Below, piece by piece: positions 1 through 8,925 of a stretch of 19,988 nucleotides of DNA. Position 1 is the first letter of the stretch, and every line of letters starts with the position of its first letter. Source of the DNA: an uncultured archaeon (GTDB taxonomy: Archaea; Asgardarchaeota; Lokiarchaeia; Sigyniarchaeales; SOKP01); NCBI GenBank assembly GCA_964525635.1, contig CAZGJX010000084.1, positions 1 to 19,988 of the forward strand, read 5' to 3'. The notes beneath the pieces were generated by a model. That model did not search any database and was not told where the DNA came from. It worked only from the letters and a program-made list of their open reading frames with translations. A program made the translations under genes and the position numbers.

Positions 1-10
1 AGAAAATAAA

Positions 11-61
11 AAAAGGGGTTAATTTATAATTGATCATTCATCTATAAAATTAACCCTTTTT
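11..61. terminator. Stem-loop flanked by A-tract and T-tract (possible bidirectional terminator)
   Basis: Perfect 10-bp inverted repeat gggttaattt (16-25) / aaattaaccc (47-56). It extends into poly-A on the left and long T-rich runs on the right. Confidence 0.45.
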
Positions 62-273
62 ATTTTTATTTTTATTTTTTAAATATTATAGATTTATTCT
101 ATAATTTATATAATTATTCAAAAATATCTTTTTCTACAACTTTATTCTTTTGAATATAAAATTAAGTTTAATTAATTTACCATTTTAAAAAGCTAATTCT
201 TGATAAATTTATAAATATAGATTTTATATAATTTTTATTAAAATTCTATAAATAAAAAAAAAGGAAAACAATA

Positions 274-1098
274 ATGAAAATATCAGATAAAATTATGAAA
301 ATCATATTTCTTGTAAGTATGATTTTCCTTATATCTATGACAATATACTGGTTAACTGGAAATCTAATCTTCCCAATTGATTTAGAAGAATTCGCCGCTA
401 TCACACAATTTGTTATTATTGTTACTGCAATAGGAATTGGTACTGTAATACTCATTTTAATTGGAATAATGTATAAACTCTCTACAATGTCAGGAAAAAT
501 ATGGTTTCTATTAGGATTAGGTATCTTAGGATGGTTTATAGGTGAGTTTTTATACAATTATTTGGAAATCTTTTTGAAGATAGAACCATTTCCAAGTATC
601 GCTGATTTTTTCTATCTGATTGCGTATTTACCTTTATCTATTGGACTAATATTACAAATGCGGTTAATAAAAATTAAACTATCTACTCTTGAAATTATTA
701 TCGTATTGATCTTGTTTGCAATTATATGCGTTTTAGTTAGTTTATTTGTTATAATCTTTCCCATCCAAGATTGGTATAGTTGGGATATTCCTGCTGAAGA
801 AGTAATACCATTATTGATTGGAATGGCTTATCCAGTGGTTGATCTAATTTTATTGTTCTTCGCTATGTTTGTATTAACTAAACTAAGACATGGGAAGATA
901 AGCATAGCTTGGTTATTATTACTTATAGGAATAATATGCACTATTATCGCAGATATTATTTACAATTACATTGAAAATACAACAGGATCTCAATTATTTG
1001 AACTTTATGACCTAGTATTTTTAATTGGATATGTCTTTATATATCTTAGCGGGTTTTCTATAATTAACGTAATGTCAAAATCATTTGAACAAAAATAA
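274..1098 (+). CDS. Polytopic membrane protein (about 8 TM) resembling a stand-alone membrane sensor module
   Basis: Hydrophobic segments throughout. Motifs W-x-LLGLG..WFIGE, PFPSIADFFYLIAY, AYPVVDLILL and ADIIY resemble the N-terminal membrane module of many GGDEF/His-kinase proteins, but no output domain is present. Confidence 0.75.
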   Translation: MKISDKIMKIIFLVSMIFLISMTIYWLTGNLIFPIDLEEFAAITQFVIIVTAIGIGTVILILIGIMYKLSTMSGKIWFLLGLGILGWFIGEFLYNYLEIFLKIEPFPSIADFFYLIAYLPLSIGLILQMRLIKIKLSTLEIIIVLILFAIICVLVSLFVIIFPIQDWYSWDIPAEEVIPLLIGMAYPVVDLILLFFAMFVLTKLRHGKISIAWLLLLIGIICTIIADIIYNYIENTTGSQLFELYDLVFLIGYVFIYLSGFSIINVMSKSFEQK

Positions 1099-1130
1099 AT
1101 CTTAATATTAAAAATCAGAGAGAAAATGGA

Positions 1131-1784
1131 ATGGTATTAAATGGTTTAATAATTTTGAAAGAAGGAGGAATTCCTTTTTATTCAAAATTTGTAGATATTA
1201 ATATTACTATGGATTCATTATTATTGGGCAGTTTCTTTACTGCCATGCAGAATTTTGCCAAAGAAATAGATGAAAATAAGGATACGTTTATAAAAGAAAT
1301 GCAAATCCATGAACTAATATTTCTATATAGGGAAATAGAATTTGGACTCTTTGTTGGTATTACAAAAGATAGAAAGGATTTAAAATCAACTACAATTGTA
1401 TTTGAATATATGATTTGGTCATTTATATCTAAATTTCGAAGTGCTCTTCAAGAACCAGATCCTGAACTCTCTCAATTTCAAGTATTTGATGATTTATTTA
1501 TGGAATACAGAACATCAAAAGAGAAAGAACTTCAAAAATGGTTGCAAAAGGAATCAATTGAGACTAATTTATTACAGAGGCTTTTAACTAATCTACTTAA
1601 TTATTTTCCAATAAAGGAAATTATGAAAGTTAATTCTAAATATTTAAAGATTATAGGTAATAAACTTATTCTAGTAAGTTTAAAGATCTCAAAAGAAGAA
1701 GAAAGTAAAATTATTGAAGATTTAAAAAATAAAGTTGCTGAAATTTACGGACCAGAGATGTTTGATACACTTCTAAATTCTTAA
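1131..1784 (+). CDS. Longin-like domain protein (Asgard eukaryotic signature protein type) with C-terminal extension
   Basis: N-terminal LIILKEGGIPFYSK, then DSLLLGSFFTAMQNFAKEI, IKEMQIHELIFLYR..GLFVGI and helix F-x-SKF..FQVFDDLF. This is the beta-beta-alpha-beta-beta-beta-alpha-alpha pattern of longin domains. Confidence 0.75.
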   Translation: MVLNGLIILKEGGIPFYSKFVDINITMDSLLLGSFFTAMQNFAKEIDENKDTFIKEMQIHELIFLYREIEFGLFVGITKDRKDLKSTTIVFEYMIWSFISKFRSALQEPDPELSQFQVFDDLFMEYRTSKEKELQKWLQKESIETNLLQRLLTNLLNYFPIKEIMKVNSKYLKIIGNKLILVSLKISKEEESKIIEDLKNKVAEIYGPEMFDTLLNS

Positions 1785-1990
1785 AAAAATAATTAAAATT
1801 TAAGAATTTTTACTTTTTTTTTTATTTATATTTGTTTAGAAATTGAAAAATAACATTTAAACAAAGCGAGAGTATGGTAGTGTTGAATTTAAAATTATAT
1901 TTAATTATAGTTAGAAAATTAACTAACTGTCAAAATGATATATAACTAAAAAAAAAAAGAATTAATAAAAAATAATAATAAAAAAATTAC

Positions 1991-3571
1991 CTATTTAGAT
2001 GATTTTGCACTAATAATACGATCAACACGTAAAACAAGTGTAGAAAGTTCACTACCAGATAATATGATATGTTTTACAAGTTCGGTTGGTTCAACAATTC
2101 CATTTTCTAAATTGTTTAATATCTCATTTTTAATTGTATCAATTCCAATCCATTTATCTTCTGGAGTTTTATGTGCGGCTCTGAGATCAGTCATTTTTTC
2201 AATTTCATCTAATCCTGCATTTCGAATTAAGGTTTTTGGGATTTCTTCAAGTGCATTTGCAAATACTTGAACTGCAAGTTGTTCTTTTCCGCTCATTTCT
2301 GTAGCATAAGACTTTAATCTTTTAGCTAATTCCATATAAACAGCACCTCCACCTGCTACTATGGACTTAGTATCAATGATCTTCGCTAAAACATTAATAA
2401 CATCATGTAATGCATTTTCAGCAGTATGTAATATTTTTTCAAGACCACCTTTCAATAAAATTGCTACAGATTTTGGGTGTTCACAACCAGAGAAAAGAGT
2501 ATAATTATCATCTCCTATTTTTTCAAATTTAACCTTTTTTGCAAATCCAAGATCTTCTTCAGATAAATCTTTAAGATTATCAATTAAATTTGCATTAGTT
2601 GCATTTAATACTGCTTTTATATCTTTTTCACCTACACTTTTAATTGCAGCAATACCCTCTTTTCCTAATAAAGCACCAAACTTGTCGGAAATATCTTGAC
2701 TATTTACAATCATTTTTACACCTAAATTCTTAAAATACTCTAAGAAATTCATTAGCATTTCTTTTTCTTGATCTAAGAATTTCTGGATATCCTCTGGTCT
2801 TGAAATCTCAATCTTAGAATCATAAGTTGATTTGCTAATATCCAATTTTTTTCTTACAACAGCTATCTTAACATCCTTTAAAACATCAGGCATATTTGAA
2901 CTAATTTTTTCTTTATCAATATAAACTCCATTGATTAATTCAGATTCTTTTAAAGATTTTCCACTTGCTTTAATAATTTTTATATTGTTTACTTTATTAA
3001 AAATTGAACCTGTATTTTTTTCAGCTATATGTTTTACTGCTTTTAATACTAATTCAGCAAAATAATCTTTCACAGCAGCAATATCTTTTGAATTCATTGA
3101 TGTAAGAGCCGCATTTTTAAGCATTTTTAAATCATCTATTGATATTTTCTCTGCAATTTCACCAAGTATTTCTACGGCTTTATCCGCAGCTAGTTTATAT
3201 CCCTTCATTATTGGTTTTGGATGAATACCTTGTTCTATTAATTCTAGTGCATTTCTTAATAACGCAGCACAAAATACTACTGCAGAAGTTGTCCCATCAC
3301 CTACTTCTTTATCTATTGATTTAGCTAAATTAACCATCATTGTGGCAGCTACATTTTCTATAGATAATCTATCAAGAATCTCAGCCCCATCATTTGTTAT
3401 TGTTACATCTCCAAGAGAATCAACAAGCATTTTATCCATACCTTTTGGACCCATTGTAGACTGGACAGCTTCTGTTATAGCAATCATAGCATTAATATTT
3501 TGCCTTCTAGCTTCTTTTTCACGAACTTCTTCTGTCCCTTCTTTTAAAATTATAATCGGAATGTTTGACAT
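1991..3571 (-). CDS. ths: Thermosome subunit (group II chaperonin, TCP-1/Cpn60 family)
   Basis: STMGPKGMDKMLVD, TITNDGA, GDGTTSA P-loop, GIHP, VAGGGAVYMELA, FANALEEIPKTL, GIVEP and LRVDRII motifs. Confidence 0.96.
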   Translation of the reverse strand: MSNIPIIILKEGTEEVREKEARRQNINAMIAITEAVQSTMGPKGMDKMLVDSLGDVTITNDGAEILDRLSIENVAATMMVNLAKSIDKEVGDGTTSAVVFCAALLRNALELIEQGIHPKPIMKGYKLAADKAVEILGEIAEKISIDDLKMLKNAALTSMNSKDIAAVKDYFAELVLKAVKHIAEKNTGSIFNKVNNIKIIKASGKSLKESELINGVYIDKEKISSNMPDVLKDVKIAVVRKKLDISKSTYDSKIEISRPEDIQKFLDQEKEMLMNFLEYFKNLGVKMIVNSQDISDKFGALLGKEGIAAIKSVGEKDIKAVLNATNANLIDNLKDLSEEDLGFAKKVKFEKIGDDNYTLFSGCEHPKSVAILLKGGLEKILHTAENALHDVINVLAKIIDTKSIVAGGGAVYMELAKRLKSYATEMSGKEQLAVQVFANALEEIPKTLIRNAGLDEIEKMTDLRAAHKTPEDKWIGIDTIKNEILNNLENGIVEPTELVKHIILSGSELSTLVLRVDRIISAKSSK

Positions 3572-3755
3572 ATTTAATCATTTTTTTTTTCAAATTACTG
3601 ATTATTAGATATATTAATTCCATACACCTAAAAAAATTTTTGATGATATAGAGATCATTTAAATATATTCATAGATAAAAATTACAAAACTTGTTGTCTC
3701 TATGTTCTTAGAAGTTCAAACTCTAAATTTTATTAAATATAATTCTAATAATTGA

Positions 3756-3935
3756 ATGTTTATGATTGTTAAAGATATAAATCTTTATGATAAATTCATT
3801 TTATTTTGTCCATTCGATCTAAGTTGTAATCTACCCCAAACTCAATCAATCTGTAAATTTCCAAACTATAAGGTGTGTCCAGAATTTCAAGAAAAAGAAA
3901 TAAAATTAAAACATAAATGCAGATATCTTCATTAA
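3756..3935 (+). CDS. Small Cys-rich protein (59 aa), possible metal-binding protein; not in the supplied ORF track
   Basis: Manual translation: MFMIVKDINLYDKFILFCPFDLSCNLPQTQSICKFPNYKVCPEFQEKEIKLKHKCRYLH*. Cys spacing is C-x5-C-x8-C-x7-C. The ORF is divergent from the thermosome. Confidence 0.6.
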   Translation: MFMIVKDINLYDKFILFCPFDLSCNLPQTQSICKFPNYKVCPEFQEKEIKLKHKCRYLH

Positions 3936-4010
3936 ATCATTAATATCCATCTTTAAATAGATCCAGTTTATTAATTTTATAGAAAAATATTATAATATAA
4001 CTCAACTAAA

Positions 4011-4151
4011 GTGATAAAAATACAAGGATTACTTAAAGAATTAAAAAGAGCCTATAAAACATGTAATAGTGAAGATGTAAGTGTATTAATTAAGAAAATC
4101 TTAAAAAAAAATAGAAATCATAATATCTTAATCAAAAAAGAATCCAATTAA
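4011..4151 (+). CDS. Possible small basic helical protein (46 aa)
   Basis: GTG-start ORF MIKIQGLLKELKRAYKTCNSEDVSVLIKKILKKNRNHNILIKKESN* with an amphipathic pattern. It stays open in stop-rich AT DNA. Confidence 0.3.
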   Translation: MIKIQGLLKELKRAYKTCNSEDVSVLIKKILKKNRNHNILIKKESN

Positions 4152-4307
4152 TAATTCGATAATTTTTTGCAGTGAATTTTCCTTTTTTTAGAATATATAT
4201 TTCCTTAAACAAACCAAAATCATTATAAGAATAGATCCAAGAAATCTAAATAATATTTAATAAAAGTGAAAGTTAAAAAAGAATATTTATTTTTTAATCT
4301 GAGTTCT

Positions 4308-5273
4308 ATGGATTTTTTTACTCATATGTTTATTGGAATTCTAATACCCATTCCTTTCTTAGGGTATGTTCCTCCAGAGACAGTCATGTTTATTTGGCTT
4401 ATGTCATTCTTACCCGATTTTGATATTCTTCTGGCTCCACTTCAAAAATTGCTAAATTCATATTTTCTTTCTCATAAAGCAGGATCGCATTCTTTTATAA
4501 TTGGTATTATATTTACTGGATCCATAAGTTACCTATTTAATTTAGTTATATCAGATTTTCAATTTTTGATGGCTTGGTTAGGTGCTTTAATTGGTTATTC
4601 TATTCATAACTTTTTAGATTATTTTACAGCTTCAAAGATCCCATTATTTTATCCAATATCAAGAAAAGAGTACAGATTTCTTGCAGACCGGGCTGTGAAT
4701 CCCTTACTTGCTTCCTTCTCTATTATTAATATTTTAATTTTAATATCATTATTCTTAACTGGTGCGAATCTATCTATATTTATTAATCTCTTTTATCTTT
4801 ATAGTTTTTGTTTAGTTTGTTATTTTGGATTTAAAGCAATTCTGAGATTAATTATTCAATCAAAATTACCAAAAGATAGTTTATATATTCCTGGTATTCT
4901 ACCTTATATTTATATTATCTATGAAAATCATAAAACAAATAATAAAATCAATTATAAGCTTATTAAAAAAAGACTTTTTGGATCAAGATCTATAGATATA
5001 ATAGAGAAATCTTATAGCTTTAATTCTGTAGAAATGGAATTTATCGATAAAACTTTGGAATACAGTAAAAAATTTAGATTTTTCTATAAATGGAATGCTG
5101 TAATTCCATTATTCAAAATAGATGGTGATTTTATTAATGTTATATTAGTTTTAGCGGAATCATATTCAAGACGAAGGTCTTATAGATTTACAATCATATT
5201 TAATAAAAATACAAAAGAAATAATAAAGAGAGAAGAAGGATTTATTAATCTTAATGATTGGTTAAATGTATAA
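4308..5273 (+). CDS. Membrane-bound metal-dependent hydrolase (YdjM / LexA-binding family) with soluble C-terminal extension
   Basis: MDFFTH, SFLPDFD, HKAGSHSF, SIHNFLDYFT and IPLFYP are the family motifs. The ATG at 4308 is preferred to the GTG at 4266 because family members begin MD-x-x-TH. Confidence 0.85.
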   Translation: MDFFTHMFIGILIPIPFLGYVPPETVMFIWLMSFLPDFDILLAPLQKLLNSYFLSHKAGSHSFIIGIIFTGSISYLFNLVISDFQFLMAWLGALIGYSIHNFLDYFTASKIPLFYPISRKEYRFLADRAVNPLLASFSIINILILISLFLTGANLSIFINLFYLYSFCLVCYFGFKAILRLIIQSKLPKDSLYIPGILPYIYIIYENHKTNNKINYKLIKKRLFGSRSIDIIEKSYSFNSVEMEFIDKTLEYSKKFRFFYKWNAVIPLFKIDGDFINVILVLAESYSRRRSYRFTIIFNKNTKEIIKREEGFINLNDWLNV

Positions 5274-5285
5274 ACTAAAATTTTA

Positions 5286-5738
5286 TCATATCTGCACATA
5301 TGATGTATTCTTATATTCTTTAAGAACCATATTTGATACTGTTCTTGTTACAGCCTCTTTTTCATTTAACTCTCTAATGAAATTATGAACATCATCACTT
5401 TCTCTAAACCTACAAATAAGTGCGGCAGATTGTTCTCCAGTAGTATGAAATACTGAACATACTTCAGGTTTATTCTTTATTTCATCAAGTATATCTTCGG
5501 TGGATTTACCTTTTATCTGAATTCTGATTAAAAAAGTGAGTTTATAACCTAATTTTGTGTTATTTAGCTTAATTGTGTATCCTTCAATAACCTCATTTTT
5601 TTTTAATTTTGCAATTCTATTATGGATTGTACCAATAGAAATACCTAATTTATCTTGGATTTCACGATAAGAAGTTCTTGCATTATCTTGGAGGATTCTA
5701 ATTATATCTTTATCAATATCATCAAAATCTTTTTTCAA
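5286..5738 (-). CDS. Lrp/AsnC family transcriptional regulator
   Basis: DDIDKDIIRILQDNARTSYREI..LGISIGTIHNRIAKL..VIEGY HTH plus a RAM domain (PEVCSVFHTTGE). TTG start preceded by GGAG. Confidence 0.95.
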   Translation of the reverse strand: MKKDFDDIDKDIIRILQDNARTSYREIQDKLGISIGTIHNRIAKLKKNEVIEGYTIKLNNTKLGYKLTFLIRIQIKGKSTEDILDEIKNKPEVCSVFHTTGEQSAALICRFRESDDVHNFIRELNEKEAVTRTVSNMVLKEYKNTSYVQI

Positions 5739-6270
5739 TTATAATCTACTCCGTTTAGAAATATAATAAATATTTCATTATTTGTTTAGATTGAAAAACA
5801 TTTAAAATCTTTTATTAGATAGGAAAAAAAATAAACATTTATCATAATTTTTAAATTAAATCTAAATAACATTACAAGTTAAAAAATAATGTTGTATACC
5901 AACAAATCTTCTGAGAATAATTCATATAAATGATATAAAAATTATAACCAAATATACCTTTGACAATAACTATACATCATTTTTTTTTTATTTTCTTCCA
6001 ATAATTTATTATATTGGATATTACCTATTGCCATATTTCTCCTAATAAAATTATCTATTATTATAGCTTACTTGATAATCAAGAGGATAAAATGTATTAA
6101 AATAATAATAAATGAGATCTAATTAGCAAATAGTAAAGGTGAATTCATCTAAGATACACCCACTTTACAATATGGATCTTTTTTAAGAAAGATTCCTTTT
6201 AAGCAATAAGCAATTATATTTCTTAGAAAAAATGTAATTATAGAATTAAAAACATTATTAAGGTAGTTAA

Positions 6271-7974
6271 ATGAGAATTTTTTTAAATCATATTGGTTAC
6301 GATCAATATTATCCTAAAAAAGGAATAATCGAAGCATCTAAAGATTCAAATCTTCATACTTTTACTATTATTGAAAAAGAAAATAGAAAAGTAAAGTATA
6401 GTGGGGAAATTGAATTTAGTGGTCCTGTAGATCGATGGAAAAATTGGTATTTTTGGACTATTGATTTTTCAGATTTTAATGAATGTGGTTCTTTTTACAT
6501 AGAAATCCCATATGGAAATACAAAAATATTTTCTGAGAATTTTGAAATACAAAACAATCTAATTCAAGAAAAAATACTTCCATATATTCTTAAATATTTT
6601 AAATTGCAGAGATGTTCAGGCGTTTGGAATGAGGCAGATTATAGTATTCCATTTTTTGGTGATAGAAGCGACCGAGTAGATGTACATGGAGGTTGGTTCG
6701 ATGCCTCTGGTGATAAAAGTAAATATCTTAGTCATTTATCATACACTAATTTTATGAATCCTCAACAAGCACCAATGGTTGTTTGGAATTTACTATATGC
6801 TTTTGATAAATTATCAAATGAGAAAATTATATATAATAAAGATTTAGCTTCAGGATTTTATGAAGAAGCATTGTATGGTGCTGATTTTCTATTTAGAATG
6901 CAGGATAAAAAGGGATATTTTTATACTATTGTTTTTGATAAATGGACTGGAAATCCTAAAAGAAGAGAAATTTGTTCTTATTCAACTCAAAAAGGTATTA
7001 AATCAGATGATTATCAAGCAGGATATCGACAAGGTGCTGGATTGGCAATAGCAGCACTCGCAAAAGTAAGTATTCTTGGTTTATCAGGAGATTATACATC
7101 AGAACAATATTTAAATGCCGCCTTAAAGGGATTTGAACATTTAGAAAAGCATAATTTAGAGTATTTAAATAATCATAAAGAAAATATCATTGATGATTAT
7201 TGTGCTTTACTAGCTTCAATTGAATTGTATAACGCTTCAAAGGAACAAAAATATCTTGATTCTGCAAGAAAAAGGAGAATTTCCTTATGTAATCGTTTAT
7301 CTGATGATAAAAATTATGAGAATTGGTGGAGAGCTGATGATGATGGTTTAAGACCTTATTTTCATGCTGTAGAAGCAGGATTACCTTTAGTATCTTTAAT
7401 TCGGTATATGGAAGTTGAACCTAATAAAAAATTAACTGAAGAAGTATGGAAAATAATTAAAGATTCTTTAGAATTTGAATTGTTTATTACAACCGAAGTC
7501 AACAATCCATTTGGATATGCAAGACAATATATAAAACCTCTAAATGACCAAAAACAAACTAGTTTTTTCTTTCCTCACCAAAATGAATCAGGATATTGGT
7601 GGCAGGGCGAAAATGCTAGATTGGCTTCATTAGTTGTGGCAGCTAGATTAGGAATAAAATTATATGAAAATGATGACGTATTGGTAAAAAAGCTTGAGAG
7701 TTATGCTTTAGATCAATTAAACTGGATTTTAGGTTTAAATCCTTATAACGCTTGTTTTATACATGGAATTGGTAGAAATAATGTAGAATATGGTTTTGGA
7801 CATAACAATGTCCCGGGAGGTATATCTAATGGTATTACTAGCGGTTTTAATGATGAACATGATATCGATTTCTTACCAGAAATATGTGAAAAAAATCCAT
7901 TTCATAGATGGAGATGGAGTGAACAATGGATTCCTCATTCTGCCTGGTTTTTATTAGCAATTTGTTTAATTTAA
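6271..7974 (+). CDS. Glycoside hydrolase family 9, exo-beta-D-glucosaminidase-like subgroup
   Basis: N-terminal Ig-like module (NHIGY..WTIDFSDF..G.FYI). GH9 motif DVHGGWFDASGD followed by KYLSHLSY.NFMNPQQ, ENIIDDYCAL, RPYFHAVEAGLP, WWQGENARLASL, WILGLNPY and WRWSEQWIPH. No signal peptide. Confidence 0.9.
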   Translation: MRIFLNHIGYDQYYPKKGIIEASKDSNLHTFTIIEKENRKVKYSGEIEFSGPVDRWKNWYFWTIDFSDFNECGSFYIEIPYGNTKIFSENFEIQNNLIQEKILPYILKYFKLQRCSGVWNEADYSIPFFGDRSDRVDVHGGWFDASGDKSKYLSHLSYTNFMNPQQAPMVVWNLLYAFDKLSNEKIIYNKDLASGFYEEALYGADFLFRMQDKKGYFYTIVFDKWTGNPKRREICSYSTQKGIKSDDYQAGYRQGAGLAIAALAKVSILGLSGDYTSEQYLNAALKGFEHLEKHNLEYLNNHKENIIDDYCALLASIELYNASKEQKYLDSARKRRISLCNRLSDDKNYENWWRADDDGLRPYFHAVEAGLPLVSLIRYMEVEPNKKLTEEVWKIIKDSLEFELFITTEVNNPFGYARQYIKPLNDQKQTSFFFPHQNESGYWWQGENARLASLVVAARLGIKLYENDDVLVKKLESYALDQLNWILGLNPYNACFIHGIGRNNVEYGFGHNNVPGGISNGITSGFNDEHDIDFLPEICEKNPFHRWRWSEQWIPHSAWFLLAICLI

Positions 7975-8378
7975 ATTCGATTTAGATTTTTTAAATCATT
8001 TTTTTTATATTAAATTTTTCCGTGTGATGATATATATATTTTTAAATTTAATATATCAATATCAGTTTTATTTTTAAAAGTTTAATAAATTGGATATCCT
8101 AAAAGATTAGATTTTTGTAATTATGAGTATTTTTCACTTTTTTTAAGAACTATACATCATGAGTAATATACTATATATGACGCAATTAATAATCACTCAT
8201 TCTAATCATTTTTATCTCATTAATACAACCAATTAAATAAGTGAGAAATTGTTGTTATGATTAAATATTTAATGCGTTATAAATACTTTATTCATATTTC
8301 ATATACTTAAAATTTAAGAATTAAAGAGAATTGATAGCATTATAAAATAAATTATCTTTAAATTAAAAGTGATACAAA

Positions 8379-8870
8379 TTGAAGATTTTAATCTTATATT
8401 TCTCAATGACGGGACGGACTAAGATGGTTGCAGAGAAAATTGCATCAAAACTTAATTCTTCAGATGTGACTATTGAGCAAATTAAATATTCCAATAAATT
8501 AAAAGAGCTGTGGCCAAAACAAGAAGAAATAAAGAAGGGAAACCTATCGGACTTTGAATATAATGATTCTATTTTAGATCATGAACCTTATGATCTCATA
8601 TTCTTTGGAACCCCTACTCATGGTGCAAATCCAGCAGTTGTTTTTTATGGGTATATAGAGCGAGTAAAAAATATTAAAGGAAAGAATTTTATCATCTTTA
8701 ATACATGTAGAGCCTTTGCTGGAAAAATCTTAAGAAAGATGGAAGCGGAAATAGAAAAGAAAGGGGGAAAAGTGGTAAATGAACGGATTTTCAGGAATTT
8801 ATTTAAGATTAAACTATCAAAAGTTAATAATTTTATAGATGAGCTCAACAAGGCATATTTTAATAATTAA
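8379..8870 (+). CDS. Flavodoxin family protein
   Basis: MKILILYFSMTGRTKMVAEKIA FMN-phosphate loop, YDLIFFGTPT and GKNFIIFNTC. Confidence 0.9.
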   Translation: MKILILYFSMTGRTKMVAEKIASKLNSSDVTIEQIKYSNKLKELWPKQEEIKKGNLSDFEYNDSILDHEPYDLIFFGTPTHGANPAVVFYGYIERVKNIKGKNFIIFNTCRAFAGKILRKMEAEIEKKGGKVVNERIFRNLFKIKLSKVNNFIDELNKAYFNN

Positions 8871-8925
8871 AAATATAATTTTTAAATTATTTTAGAAGTA
8901 TCTCATTAATTTAAAATATTCAAAA

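Noticed and set aside
246-557. 103-aa minus-strand ORF
   Set aside because: Antisense shadow of the membrane protein gene 274-1098; no independent motifs.
1146-1169. IILKEG shared by the N-termini of the longin protein and the thermosome
   Set aside because: Six-residue match in unrelated folds; most likely coincidence.
2064-3608. Plus-strand ORFs 2064-2270, 3139-3324 and 3342-3608
   Set aside because: Antisense to the highly conserved thermosome gene.
6133-6168. Imperfect hairpin gtaaaggtg...cactttac upstream of GH9
   Set aside because: Short and bulged, with no recognisable riboswitch or ncRNA motif.
6860-7051. 63-aa alternative-frame ORF
   Set aside because: Nested out of frame within GH9; no recognisable features.
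8645-8851. 68-aa minus-strand ORF
   Set aside because: Antisense shadow of the flavodoxin gene.
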